64,000 nt of DNA from a bacterium. GTDB taxonomy: Bacteria > Patescibacteriota > Minisyncoccia > Moranbacterales > UBA2206. A program made the position numbers and the translations under genes. The number at the start of each line of letters is the position of its first letter. Within the stretch, counting starts at the first letter, position 1. The stretch covers positions 41,413 through 105,412 of the forward strand of contig JAJYGF010000013.1 of assembly GCA_021785125.1 (NCBI GenBank), in the 5' to 3' direction. The notes below the pieces were generated by a model. It was not told the origin of the DNA. It saw only the letters and a list, made by a program, of their open reading frames with translations, and searched no databases. Shown piece after piece: positions 48,430-58,549 of the stretch.

Positions 48430-49536
48430 ATGGTGATATCACAGATACAAAATATTCCGGCGGTGGTTAACATACTCAAAATCTTGGTGACTGGAGTCGG
48501 CGCTTTTATCCTAGCTCTTTTGGGCGCGCCGGTCCTGACTAATTTTCTGTATAAGAAAAAGATCGGAATAAAGATTAAAAACAACTCTGTCGACGGTGAC
48601 AAGCTGATGTATGTCAACAATCTGCATCGGAACAAGAATGGGACTCCGACCATGGGCGGTTTGCTGGTGTGGGTGACGGTATTGGTCTTAATTTTGCTGT
48701 CGCATTATATTTTTCCGGATATCGCCAGGCTGCTGTATGTAAATTTCATAGCCCGTTTGGATTTTTTCAGCCGTTCGCAGACATGGCTTCCGCTGTTTGC
48801 GCTGGTGTCAGCCGGCATATTGGGATTATTCGACGATTGGATGAGTGTGCGCGGCATCGGAAGCAACAAAGGGGGCGGCATGCGCTTCGCCATGCGCTTC
48901 GGATGGCTGATCGCCATTTCCATCCTGGGGGGATGGTGGTTCTATTTTAAATTGAACAGGCATATTGTCCACATTCCGGCGGTCGGAAATTTCGATGTGG
49001 GAATGTGGTCTATTCCGCTGTTTGTCCTGGTCATTCTTTTTACGGCTGTTTCTTCCAATGAGACGGACGGGCTGGACGGTTTGAATGGCGGCATCCTCCT
49101 GATCGCGTTCAGTTCGTTCGCGGCCATCTCATTTTTCCACAATATGATCGATCTGGCTTCTTTTTGCGCGGCCATCGCCGGAGCGCTGATGGCTTTTTTG
49201 TGGTTCAATATTTATCCGGCTAGATTTTTCATGGGTGATACTGGCGCGGTGGCGCTGGGAACGACCTTGGGCGTGGTGGCGCTTCTGACCGATTCGGTTC
49301 TAGCCATGTTTTTCATCGTTTTCATCTATCTGATCGAGTCTGGTTCGGTAGTTATCCAATTGTTGTCAAAAAAACTGTTCAAGCGTAAAGTTTTTCTGGC
49401 GGCTCCGATCCATCACCATTTCGAGGCCAAAGGCTGGCCGGAAACGAAAGTGACGATGCGCGCTTGGATACTTTCTTTGGCGATGGCGCTTGTCGGAGTG
49501 ATTGTGGCCATAATGGGAATGGGCAAGATACATTGA
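48430..49536 (+). CDS. mraY: phospho-N-acetylmuramoyl-pentapeptide transferase
   Basis: GTPTMGG, DD, TDGLDGL, FMGDTG, APIHHHFE. Confidence 0.97.
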   Translation: MVISQIQNIPAVVNILKILVTGVGAFILALLGAPVLTNFLYKKKIGIKIKNNSVDGDKLMYVNNLHRNKNGTPTMGGLLVWVTVLVLILLSHYIFPDIARLLYVNFIARLDFFSRSQTWLPLFALVSAGILGLFDDWMSVRGIGSNKGGGMRFAMRFGWLIAISILGGWWFYFKLNRHIVHIPAVGNFDVGMWSIPLFVLVILFTAVSSNETDGLDGLNGGILLIAFSSFAAISFFHNMIDLASFCAAIAGALMAFLWFNIYPARFFMGDTGAVALGTTLGVVALLTDSVLAMFFIVFIYLIESGSVVIQLLSKKLFKRKVFLAAPIHHHFEAKGWPETKVTMRAWILSLAMALVGVIVAIMGMGKIH

Positions 49537-49611
49537 CCGCTCGATCTATTTCAAAACTAATAATTATTTTTTTTGCTACAGATTACAGTATATTGTAGCA
49601 GTTAAATAAGT

Positions 49612-50664
49612 ATGGAAATAAAAAAAATACAGGATTTGGATGTTGCGGGCAAAAAGGTTTTGCTGCGCGTGGATTTCAATGTGGCGATCGAAAATGGAAA
49701 GGTGCAGGAATCTTTCAAGATCGCGGCCGCTAAAGAGACATTGGATTATCTTTTGAACCGCAACTGCAAAGTAGCAATGATCTCACACTTGGGAAGGCCG
49801 GAAGGGAAAGCGGATCCAAAATTCTCTTTGGCGCAGATCGTGTCCGATGCGGAAAATATTTTGGCTTCGAAAATAACATTTGTTCCGGATTGCATCGGAG
49901 AAAAAGTGAAAGAAGCCCTTGAATCGGATGTAGAGACGCAAGGCATTGCGTCTGTACTGCTTCTGGAAAATGTGCGTTTCTATCAGGGTGATGAAGCAAA
50001 TGATTCTGAATTTTCCCGGAAGTTGGTGGAAAATTTCGATGTGTTTGTAAATGACGCATTCAGCGCGTCGCACCGCGATCATGCTTCAGTCTCCGGTGTG
50101 GCAAAGATTCTTCCGAGTGCGGCCGGCTTGCGTTTGCAGGAAGAGATTCATGAGATGACCATTATCAAGGACCATCCGGTGAGTCCGGCGGTGGCCATCA
50201 TCGGAGGAGCCAAGATCGAAACCAAGCTGCCCGTCATAAAATTTTTCGAGGAAAAATATGATCATATCCTGGTCGGTGGCAAAATTGCCAATGAAGCGAT
50301 CGATCAGAAGATTGGATTTTCAGAGAAAGTTATTTTGCCGGTTGATTTCGTTGATGACAGGTTGGATATCGGGCTGGAAACCGTTTCTAAATTCAAAGAG
50401 ATAATCGCGACGGCCAAGACGATCGCCTGGAACGGACCGACCGGAAAATTTGAAGATGAAAAATACGCCAAAAGTTCCAATGAGATTCTGGAAGCGGTCA
50501 TTGCCAGCGGTGCATATGTTCTGGTGGGCGGTGGCGAAACTTTGGAAATTTTGGAAAAGAACCATGCGATGGATGAGATTTCTTTCGTTTCGACCGGCGG
50601 GGGCGCGATGCTGGATTATCTGGCGGGCAACCCGATGCCGGGCATCGAGGTTTTGGAAAAATAG
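49612..50664 (+). CDS. pgk: phosphoglycerate kinase
   Basis: RVDFNV, SHLGRP, LLENVRF, NDAF..HR, GGAK, STGGGA. Confidence 0.97.
   Translation: MEIKKIQDLDVAGKKVLLRVDFNVAIENGKVQESFKIAAAKETLDYLLNRNCKVAMISHLGRPEGKADPKFSLAQIVSDAENILASKITFVPDCIGEKVKEALESDVETQGIASVLLLENVRFYQGDEANDSEFSRKLVENFDVFVNDAFSASHRDHASVSGVAKILPSAAGLRLQEEIHEMTIIKDHPVSPAVAIIGGAKIETKLPVIKFFEEKYDHILVGGKIANEAIDQKIGFSEKVILPVDFVDDRLDIGLETVSKFKEIIATAKTIAWNGPTGKFEDEKYAKSSNEILEAVIASGAYVLVGGGETLEILEKNHAMDEISFVSTGGGAMLDYLAGNPMPGIEVLEK
49930..49957. repeat. GTAG-type REP palindrome inside pgk
   Basis: GTAGAGACGCAAGGCATTGCGTCTGTAC. Confidence 0.75.
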
Positions 50665-50677
50665 ATATTGAATTGTG

Positions 50678-50706
50678 GTAGAGACGCCCCGCCGGGGCGT
50701 CTCTAC
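50678..50706. repeat. GTAG-type REP palindrome
   Basis: GTAGAGACGCCCCGCCGGGGCGTCTCTAC, identical to 51002. Confidence 0.9.
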
Positions 50707-50716
50707 GTTTCAATGT

Positions 50717-51283
50717 ATGCAACCAAAATTCAAAAACAAATACAAAATAAAATCCGCCAGATTATCGGGATATGATTATTCCCACAATGGGATGTATTTT
50801 ATAACCATCTGCACCAAGGATAGGCAGGAATTTTTTGGACGCGTTGAAAATGGGGAAATGGTTTTATCGGATATGGGGAAAATCATTCAAGATGAATTAT
50901 TGCAAACGCCGAAAATCCGTCCGAATGTAAAATTGGACGAATGGGTGATAATGCCAAACCATATCCATGTGATTATTGAAATATGCAATGCAAGGGTTCC
51001 CGTAGAGACGCCCCGCCGGGGCGTCTCTACGAATGGAAACAAACGTGGTGGTTATAATCCTAAATGGAAACCAAATTCGATCGGTTCAATTATTAATCAA
51101 TTAAAATCCATTTGCACAAAACGCATTTTAAAATTAGAAAATGTTACATTCGCCTGGCAATCGCGGTTCTACGACCACATCATCCGCAATGAAATTTCTT
51201 TGGACAAGATCCGCGAATATATACGAACCAATCCCCAGATGTGGGAACGGGACAGAAATAATATTGAGAATCTCTGGATCTAA
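50717..51283 (+). CDS. REP-associated tyrosine transposase (RAYT, Y1/HUH)
   Basis: RL.GYDY...YFITICT, MPNHIH, WQSRFYDHIIR, YI.TNP. Confidence 0.92.
   Translation: MQPKFKNKYKIKSARLSGYDYSHNGMYFITICTKDRQEFFGRVENGEMVLSDMGKIIQDELLQTPKIRPNVKLDEWVIMPNHIHVIIEICNARVPVETPRRGVSTNGNKRGGYNPKWKPNSIGSIINQLKSICTKRILKLENVTFAWQSRFYDHIIRNEISLDKIREYIRTNPQMWERDRNNIENLWI
51002..51030. repeat. GTAG-type REP palindrome inside the RAYT gene
   Basis: Exact copy of 50678..50706, encodes VETPRRGVST. Confidence 0.9.
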
Positions 51284-51427
51284 ATAAAGGCTCGAAAAAG
51301 CCTTATTTTTTATGTCTTACTGTTAACCTTGACTTTTGGGTTGATTTGGAGTATAATGTAAAATTACTGTGAAGTTGTTTTAAAATTCAAAACCCGCTTT
51401 TCCGACGGCTAAAATATCGGATAGGAG

Positions 51428-51712
51428 GTGCGACAAATGAAAAAGGTGCTTAGTGAAGACAAGTATAGGGGTTGGAATGTATGGCTGGAAGAAGGCTTTT
51501 GTGCTGTCTATGCGAGATTTCACTATACGCTTCAATATCCCAATCCAAATTGGGGAAAAGTAGTTTCCTACATCGAAAGTGTGGATATTGGCGAGGAGGA
51601 ATATCGTCGCCTCTATGATGGTGAGGATCCGGCAATTGTTCTGGCTTCTTGGGAAGAAACTAAAGAGAGAATAAAAAGGGAAATATATTCTTTCTTTACC
51701 TTGCAGAAGTAA
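51428..51712 (+). CDS. hypothetical protein
   Basis: TTGACT-17nt-TATAAT promoter, AGGAGG RBS; start GTG 51428 or ATG 51437. Confidence 0.65.
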   Translation: MRQMKKVLSEDKYRGWNVWLEEGFCAVYARFHYTLQYPNPNWGKVVSYIESVDIGEEEYRRLYDGEDPAIVLASWEETKERIKREIYSFFTLQK

Positions 51713-51976
51713 ATATTAAAAAAGATATCTATCCATCTTAAAACTGGGATAGGAAAGTTGGACATAATAACTGCAAATGTCCCGCTCTGAAGGCAGGTAA
51801 CTCAGAGTTGTAGAAGAAAACACCCGTGAGCCACAATAAATTTGTTGGCCATAGATCAGGTGTTCCTGCATCCCTTTTGGGATCCAAGGGTTTTGATTAT
51901 AGTATCGAAGCCCTTTTTTGTTTGGTTTTTGCATATGATATAATAACTATAAGTAAAAATTAACACTTTTAAATTT

Positions 51977-53245
51977 ATGTCTGCGATCAAGAAAATATTT
52001 GCCAGAGAAATTTTAGATTCACGAGGCAATCCGACGGTGGAAGTTGAAGTTGAATTGGAATCAGGAACAAAAGCGTTGGCGGCGGTGCCATCTGGCGCTT
52101 CGACCGGAACATATGAAGCCTTGGAGCTGCGCGACGGAGACAAAAAAAGATATAACGGGCTTGGAGTTTTGCGGGCGGTGGAAAATGTGAATAAAAAGAT
52201 CCAGCCGGAAGTTGTCGGCATGGAAGTTTCGGATCAAGAATTGATTGATAAAAAAATGCTGGAACTGGACGGCACCGAAAACAAAACTAACTTGGGTGCC
52301 AATGCGATTCTCGGAGTCTCTTTGGCAGTATGTCGCGCTGCAGCGACCGAAACTGGATTGCCGCTATATAAATATATTGCACAGGCCTACAAACTACCAA
52401 CTAAAAACTACAAGCTTCCTATCCCTATGTTCAACGTGATCAACGGCGGCAAGCATAGTGATTCAGGCTTGGCTATCCAGGAATATAAAATTGTGCCAAA
52501 CGGCATCAAGACTTTCAAGGAACAATATCGCGCCGGCAGTGAAATTTTCCACAAACTGAAAGAGTTGATCGTGGCCGAAGGCGGCAGTGTCGGAGTGGGT
52601 GACGAGGGCGGCTTTGCACCGCACTTGGAAAGCAATTCCAAGCCATTGGAGCTGATGAACCGCGCTATCGAGGAAGCCGGATACAAAAAGGGCGAACAAG
52701 TGAGTTGCGGCGTGGATGCCGCGGCCTCCTCATTTTTCGATGAAAAAGAAAATCAATATATATTCAAGCCGGACAGCAACGGCATCTTGCGTGAAATGCT
52801 GGTCAACATATACAACGAATGGATTTCCAAGTATCATGTGATTTCGGTCGAGGATGGCCTGAATGAGAATGATTGGGAAGGTTGGCGCGCGATGAACGAA
52901 AAGATCGGCGGAAAAATCATGCTGATCGGGGACGATCTTCTGGTGACCAATGTCAAAAGACTGCAGAAAGCGATCGAAGAAAAGGCTTGTAACGCGGTCT
53001 TGATCAAGGTCAATCAGATCGGTTCGCTTTCTGAAACGATCGATTGTATCAAGCTGGCCAAGAAGAACAAGATGAAAATCGTCATCTCTCACCGCAGTGG
53101 CGAGACGACTGATGATTTCATCGCGGATCTGGCGGTGGGAACCGGCGCGGAATATATCAAGTCCGGTTCGCTTTCGAGAGGCGAAAGAATCTGCAAATAC
53201 AATAGGCTTTTGAGGATTGAAGAAGAATTAAAAAATAAAAAGTAA
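51977..53245 (+). CDS. eno: enolase
   Basis: EILDSRGNPTVE, VPSGASTG, GDEGG, KVNQIG, SHRSGET. Confidence 0.98.
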   Translation: MSAIKKIFAREILDSRGNPTVEVEVELESGTKALAAVPSGASTGTYEALELRDGDKKRYNGLGVLRAVENVNKKIQPEVVGMEVSDQELIDKKMLELDGTENKTNLGANAILGVSLAVCRAAATETGLPLYKYIAQAYKLPTKNYKLPIPMFNVINGGKHSDSGLAIQEYKIVPNGIKTFKEQYRAGSEIFHKLKELIVAEGGSVGVGDEGGFAPHLESNSKPLELMNRAIEEAGYKKGEQVSCGVDAAASSFFDEKENQYIFKPDSNGILREMLVNIYNEWISKYHVISVEDGLNENDWEGWRAMNEKIGGKIMLIGDDLLVTNVKRLQKAIEEKACNAVLIKVNQIGSLSETIDCIKLAKKNKMKIVISHRSGETTDDFIADLAVGTGAEYIKSGSLSRGERICKYNRLLRIEEELKNKK

Positions 53246-53270
53246 AGACGCTCCGGCGGAGCGTCTCTAC
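53242..53270. repeat. REP variant overlapping the eno stop codon
   Basis: GTAAAGACGCTCCGGCGGAGCGTCTCTAC. Confidence 0.8.
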
Positions 53271-53275
53271 GGGAC

Positions 53276-54835
53276 ATGGAAAACAAAAAATCACCTACAG
53301 TATTAGTGATCCTGGATGGCTACGGCGTGGCTCCGGCCGGACCGGGCAATGCCATTGCGCTTGCCAAAAAACCGAACATCGATCGGCTGTTTGAAATTTA
53401 TCCGTCAACGACGCTCGGCGCGACGGGTGAAGATGTCGGATTGGAAGATCACAAGATGAGCGGCTCCGAAGCTGGACATATGAATATCGGCGCGGGCCGG
53501 ATTATCATCCAAGATTCCAAGATTATCAGTGACACGATCCGTGACGGAAGTTTTTTCACGAATCCGGCCATGGTTGGGGCGATAGTGCATGCCAAAAAAT
53601 TCGGCGGCAAGCTGCACGTCATGGGACTCATGGGCGATTCCGATAGTCCGCATAGCGATCCGGAGCATTTACGTGCTATCTTGAAACTGGCCAAACAAGG
53701 CGATGTTTCGGAAGTTTTTTGCCATCTTTTTACTGACGGCCGCGATTCGTATCCAAGAAGCGCGTCGGAACATCTGAAGCATTTTCGAAAGATAATGGAA
53801 GAAGAAGGGATCGGCAAGATCGCCACGATGAGCGGCCGGTTCTATGCCATGGATCGGGCCAAAAATTGGACGCGCCTGACCAAAGCGTATGACGCGATGG
53901 TTTTTGCTCGCGGCGAAAAAGCCGGAAGCGCGGAAGAGGCGATCGAGAATACCTACAAAAATAATTTGACAGATGAATATCTGTTGCCGACGGTAATCAT
54001 GGAAGACGGTTCTCCGGTGGCCAAGATAGGAAGAGATGATTCACTCATATTTTTCAATCTGCGTTCCGATCGGGCGCGACAGATGAGCAAACTTTTTGTC
54101 GCTATGGACAAGGAAAGTATCATTCGTGACAACATGCCGGTCCTTGATAAGATAGAAAATATGTATTTTGTGGCCATGACTGATTTCGGGCCGGGCCTGG
54201 ATGAGCATACGGCTTTTCCGGAAGTTATGGTGCTGGCTACTTTACCGATGTTGTTGGGAAAACGGATGAAACAGCTTTATATCGCGGAATCCGAAAAATT
54301 CGCCCATATCACGTATTTTTTCAACGGCGGCTATGCCGATCCGGTGGATGACGAGGAAAGAATCATGATTCCGTCGCCGGTCGTCGAATCTTATGCAAAA
54401 ATTCCGCAAATGTCAGCGGCAAAAATAACAGAAACAGTTTTGGAAAAGATCAAAAATGAAGAATTTGATTTTATTGCTATAAATTATGCGAATGCAGACA
54501 TGGTTGGACACACCGGAAATTTGCCAGCCACTGTCAGGGCAGTGGAAATCTTGGATGAACAGATCGGCATCCTGTCTCAAGAAGTCTTGGAACGCGGCGG
54601 CAATCTGATAATTACGGCCGATCATGGCAACGCGGACAACATGCTGGATGAAAATTCCGACCAGCCGAACACTTTCCACACCAAAAATCCGGTGCCGTTC
54701 CTGTTGGTCAGCGACAGATTCAAGGGAGCGAAATTGAGAGCGGACGGGGTGCTGGGCGATATCGCGCCGACCATTTTGGATGTTTTGGACATCGACAAGG
54801 CAAACATCATGATCGATTCGCTTCTAATAAAATAA
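53276..54835 (+). CDS. gpmI: 2,3-bisphosphoglycerate-independent phosphoglycerate mutase
   Basis: ILDG.G, SEAGH.NIGAGR, DGRD, GRFYAMDR, DMVGHTG, TADHGN. Confidence 0.97.
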   Translation: MENKKSPTVLVILDGYGVAPAGPGNAIALAKKPNIDRLFEIYPSTTLGATGEDVGLEDHKMSGSEAGHMNIGAGRIIIQDSKIISDTIRDGSFFTNPAMVGAIVHAKKFGGKLHVMGLMGDSDSPHSDPEHLRAILKLAKQGDVSEVFCHLFTDGRDSYPRSASEHLKHFRKIMEEEGIGKIATMSGRFYAMDRAKNWTRLTKAYDAMVFARGEKAGSAEEAIENTYKNNLTDEYLLPTVIMEDGSPVAKIGRDDSLIFFNLRSDRARQMSKLFVAMDKESIIRDNMPVLDKIENMYFVAMTDFGPGLDEHTAFPEVMVLATLPMLLGKRMKQLYIAESEKFAHITYFFNGGYADPVDDEERIMIPSPVVESYAKIPQMSAAKITETVLEKIKNEEFDFIAINYANADMVGHTGNLPATVRAVEILDEQIGILSQEVLERGGNLIITADHGNADNMLDENSDQPNTFHTKNPVPFLLVSDRFKGAKLRADGVLGDIAPTILDVLDIDKANIMIDSLLIK

Positions 54836-54870
54836 TGATTCCTAAAACTCGGTTTTAGGAAAAAAAATTT

Positions 54871-55854
54871 ATGGCAAAAATAATCTGCATCGGTTCATCC
54901 ACCAAGGATATCATTTTTCCGATCACTGACGGATGGGTGGTGGAAACACCTGAGGATATTGAAGCGCAGGAAAAAATAATTTTTGAGCTGGGCGCGAAAT
55001 ACCAAGTTTCCGAAGAGCGCCATGAAACGATCGGCGGCTGCGCGGCCAATGTGTCGTGCGGATTGGCCAAACTTGGTCTTGCGGCATATTGTTGCACGCG
55101 AGTCGGAAGTGACATCTCCGGCAATTGGATAAAAAAAGAACTGGAAAAATTCGGCGTAAAACCCGATCTGGTTCAGACCGGCGAGCACAGAAGTGATCTT
55201 TCTGCGATTATTGCCAATATTCCAAGCGAGGATCGGATAGTTTTTTCCGACCGCGATGCCAATGAAAAATTGAAAATCACGGAAGAAATTAAAAATCATC
55301 AAGCCGAATTCATTTTCATAAGTTCGTTGAACGGAAACGGTGATGAGAGTTGGGATAAAAAATTGGATAAGATCTTGTCATTGTTGTCGTCTGAAAAAAT
55401 TATTTTCAACCCCGGGCAGAAAAATATTAAGACTCATCCGGAAAAAATCATTGAAACGATCCGGAAATCCCATATGCTGATCATCAATAAGGATGAGGCG
55501 ATCGAAGTTGTCGACAAATTGGACGGATTTTCCGAAGAACAGCTGAATGATGAAAAATTCTTGGCGGAAAAATTAAATGAGCTTGGAGCTAAGATCGTGG
55601 CGCTGACGGACGGTTTACGCGGAGCGTGGGCCTTTGATGGAAAAGAATTTTTGCATGTGGAGGCCAGGAAAGAAAAAGTGGCGGACAGTCTGGGTGCGGG
55701 GGATGCTTTTTCCAGCGGATTTATCGCGGCGCATCTGAAAGGAAAAAACTTAGAAGAATGTTTGGAATGGGGAATTGCCAATGCCTCTAGCGTAGTGAAA
55801 TATTACGGAGCTGTAGAAGGCTTGCTGACAGAAGAAAAAATAAAACAAGCATGA
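54871..55854 (+). CDS. PfkB family carbohydrate kinase
   Basis: GG.AAN, DSLGAGDAF. Confidence 0.93.
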   Translation: MAKIICIGSSTKDIIFPITDGWVVETPEDIEAQEKIIFELGAKYQVSEERHETIGGCAANVSCGLAKLGLAAYCCTRVGSDISGNWIKKELEKFGVKPDLVQTGEHRSDLSAIIANIPSEDRIVFSDRDANEKLKITEEIKNHQAEFIFISSLNGNGDESWDKKLDKILSLLSSEKIIFNPGQKNIKTHPEKIIETIRKSHMLIINKDEAIEVVDKLDGFSEEQLNDEKFLAEKLNELGAKIVALTDGLRGAWAFDGKEFLHVEARKEKVADSLGAGDAFSSGFIAAHLKGKNLEECLEWGIANASSVVKYYGAVEGLLTEEKIKQA

Positions 55855-57917
55855 AAAATTTAGAAAAATTGTTCAATCCGCAATCGATCGCCATCGTCGG
55901 AGCCTCGCAGGAACGCGGCAAGGTCGGTTATGTTATAAGCAAAAATTTGCTCGAGCTTGGTTATGACGGCAAGATTTTTTTGGTTAACCCGAAGCATGAC
56001 AAACTTTTTGATCATCGAAGCTACAAGAGCTTGACGGATATTACGGAAAAAGTCGATCTGGCTATCATTGCTATTCCGTCCAAGATTGTGGTGCCGACCA
56101 TCCGTGCGGCTTCCGATCGCATCAAAAATTTTGTGGTAATTTCGGCCGGTTTTGCCGAAACGGATGAAAAAGGAAAACAGCGGGAAAAAGAGTTGCAACA
56201 ATTGGCGGAAGAAAAAAAATTGAATATTCTGGGGCCGAATTGTCTCGGCTTCATCGTTCCGAAATTGAAGCTCAACGCGTCCTTTGCCGGCGGATTGCCG
56301 AAGGCGGGCAACATCTCATTCATCTCCCAATCCGGCGCGCTGGCGGTGGCCATCATGGACATCGCCCACAAGGAGAATATCAGATTTTCCAATATTGTTT
56401 CAGTCGGCAACAAGATGCAGATCGACGAATCGCGCCTGTTGGAATACTTGGCTCAAGATGCAGACACGAAAGTCATCGGGATGTATCTGGAAGGCATTTA
56501 TGACGGACAAAAATTTCTAGAAATCTCGCAAAAAGTTTCCAAGGAAAAACCGATTGTGATCCTGAAGGCGGGCAAGACGGAAAAGGCGCAGAAAGCCATT
56601 TCGTCGCATACCGGCGCCTTGGCCGGAAGCGATGACATCATGAGCGCGGCCTTTGCGAAAGCCGGCATATTGCGGGCGGAAAATCTGGAAGATTTTTTCG
56701 CGTTGTTGCAATTGATTTCCGCCAGTAAAGTTCCGGAAAACAACAAAGTTGCCGTGGTTACCAATGCCGGCGGACCCGGAGTTCTGACGACGGACGCTTT
56801 TCGCCAAAAGTCGATCGAGCCGGCCAATTTAAGCGACAAAACCAAATCGGCTTTGCGCAGTTTTTTGCCGCTTGAATCTTCCGTGGAAAATCCGATCGAT
56901 CTTCTGGGCGATGCGATGGAGGACAGATATGAAAAAGCTTTGGAAATTCTGGATGAAGAAAAAGAGGTCGGTTCCATCCTGTGCGTCCTGACGCCGCAGG
57001 ACCAAACACCGGTCGCGAAAATTGCGGACAAAATAATCAAATTCAAAAAACGATCCAGAAAATCCGTTCTTACGATTTTTATCGGAGGAGAACGGGTTGA
57101 AAAAGAAATTATGCGGCTAAAGGAAAATGATGTGCCTAATTTTTCTTTTCCGGACCAAGCGGTGGATGCGTTGAGCAAATATTATTCCTGGAAAGCGCGA
57201 GCCGTAGCGACCGAATCGCCACAAAAAGAAAAGGTAAACGCGGAGCGGCGTAAAAAAGTTTTGGAAATTATTAAAAAATCCAAAGAAGAAAAGCGAGGAG
57301 CCTTGCTGTTTTCAGAAGCGCAGGAAATTATGTCGCTTTATGGCATCAGAACCCCGGACATAAAGAATGTCAAAGTGGGCGAGTCTTTGCCGCAAGATTT
57401 GGAATTTCCGGTAGTTATGAAAGTGGATAGTGACAAAGTTTTGCACAAAACCGACCGCCAGGGAATTATTCTTGGCATAAGAAATCGCAGTGATTTGGAA
57501 AAAGCGTTTGAAACGATGCGGACAAATTTTCCGGGAGAAAATTTCCTGATCCAAAAGATGCTCCCGATCAAAACCGAGCTCATTCTGGGCATCAAGCGGG
57601 ATGCGACCTTCGGGCCGATCGTGGTCTATGGGCTGGGAGGAATATATACCGAGATCTTGAAAATGGTCGATTTTTTAGTTCCGCCGCTGTCGGAAGAAGA
57701 AATAAAAAATGCACTTCTGGAGAGCCGGATAAAATTTTTGTTTTCTGAAACGCGCGGACAGGAGTCATATGACGCGGATGAGATGGCCAGGATACTGCAT
57801 GATATGTCGCGCCTGGCGCAAGAAGCCGAGGATATCAAGGAATTGGATATCAACCCGCTTCTGGCCTATAATGACGGCAAGGAGGCGGTCGCGATCGATG
57901 TCAAAATCATAATTTAA
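55851..57917 (+). CDS. acetate--CoA ligase (ADP-forming), fused alpha/beta
   Basis: IVGAS, GPNCLG, SQSGA, SHTGALAG, NAGGPG, NPID, HKTD, DINP. Confidence 0.92.
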   Translation: MKNLEKLFNPQSIAIVGASQERGKVGYVISKNLLELGYDGKIFLVNPKHDKLFDHRSYKSLTDITEKVDLAIIAIPSKIVVPTIRAASDRIKNFVVISAGFAETDEKGKQREKELQQLAEEKKLNILGPNCLGFIVPKLKLNASFAGGLPKAGNISFISQSGALAVAIMDIAHKENIRFSNIVSVGNKMQIDESRLLEYLAQDADTKVIGMYLEGIYDGQKFLEISQKVSKEKPIVILKAGKTEKAQKAISSHTGALAGSDDIMSAAFAKAGILRAENLEDFFALLQLISASKVPENNKVAVVTNAGGPGVLTTDAFRQKSIEPANLSDKTKSALRSFLPLESSVENPIDLLGDAMEDRYEKALEILDEEKEVGSILCVLTPQDQTPVAKIADKIIKFKKRSRKSVLTIFIGGERVEKEIMRLKENDVPNFSFPDQAVDALSKYYSWKARAVATESPQKEKVNAERRKKVLEIIKKSKEEKRGALLFSEAQEIMSLYGIRTPDIKNVKVGESLPQDLEFPVVMKVDSDKVLHKTDRQGIILGIRNRSDLEKAFETMRTNFPGENFLIQKMLPIKTELILGIKRDATFGPIVVYGLGGIYTEILKMVDFLVPPLSEEEIKNALLESRIKFLFSETRGQESYDADEMARILHDMSRLAQEAEDIKELDINPLLAYNDGKEAVAIDVKIII

Positions 57918-57921
57918 AAAT

Positions 57922-58488
57922 ATGGAAAAAATAAAAATTCTTCTGGTGGATGATGACGAGTCTATCCGCGGGATGTATGCGGAGATCTTCAAGCGGGAAA
58001 ATTTCGAGGTGTCCGAGGCGGCGGATGGCGTAGCGGGTCTGGATATGGCCGTGAAAAATGTTCCGGATGTCATCTTCACCGGAATCGTCATGCCGACGAT
58101 GGACGGCTTCGCTCTGATGGAAGCGCTCAAGAAAAATGTCATTACGGCGAAGATTCCAGTCGTGATCTCTTCACATCTCGGCCGCGAAGAAGACCAGCGG
58201 CGGGCCGACGAGCTTGGCGCCAAAGGTTTTTTTGTCCGCGGATTCTACACACCGAACGAGATCGTGGAGAAGATCCGCGCCATCTTCAACCTGGCGGAGT
58301 ATCGGCTGAAATTCTCGCCGAGTGAAGCTGACGCGCCGCAGTTGGCCAAAGATATGCATTTCCAGGAAAATTTCAAATGCGCGAGCTGCGGTGGCGAGCT
58401 GGTTTTGTCACTCAAGCTGACTGACGTCGAAGGGCATAATTTCAATGCCCGATTCATCTGTTCGAAATGCAACAAAGTCCAGGAGTAA
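57922..58488 (+). CDS. response regulator receiver with C-terminal zinc ribbon
   Basis: DDD...VIFTGIVMP (Gly at the usual phospho-Asp position), CASC...CSKC. Confidence 0.8.
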   Translation: MEKIKILLVDDDESIRGMYAEIFKRENFEVSEAADGVAGLDMAVKNVPDVIFTGIVMPTMDGFALMEALKKNVITAKIPVVISSHLGREEDQRRADELGAKGFFVRGFYTPNEIVEKIRAIFNLAEYRLKFSPSEADAPQLAKDMHFQENFKCASCGGELVLSLKLTDVEGHNFNARFICSKCNKVQE

Positions 58489-58549
58489 TGTCTGTAAAAT
58501 TATATTTTGAAGCGGGGTTTCCAGGCCTCGCTTTAGATTGAAAGAATAT

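Noticed and set aside
51750-51800. tmRNA- or RNase P-like words (ATAACTGCAAAT, AGGAAAGT)
   Set aside because: No tRNA-like ends, tag reading frame or RNase P 3' conserved region could be found.
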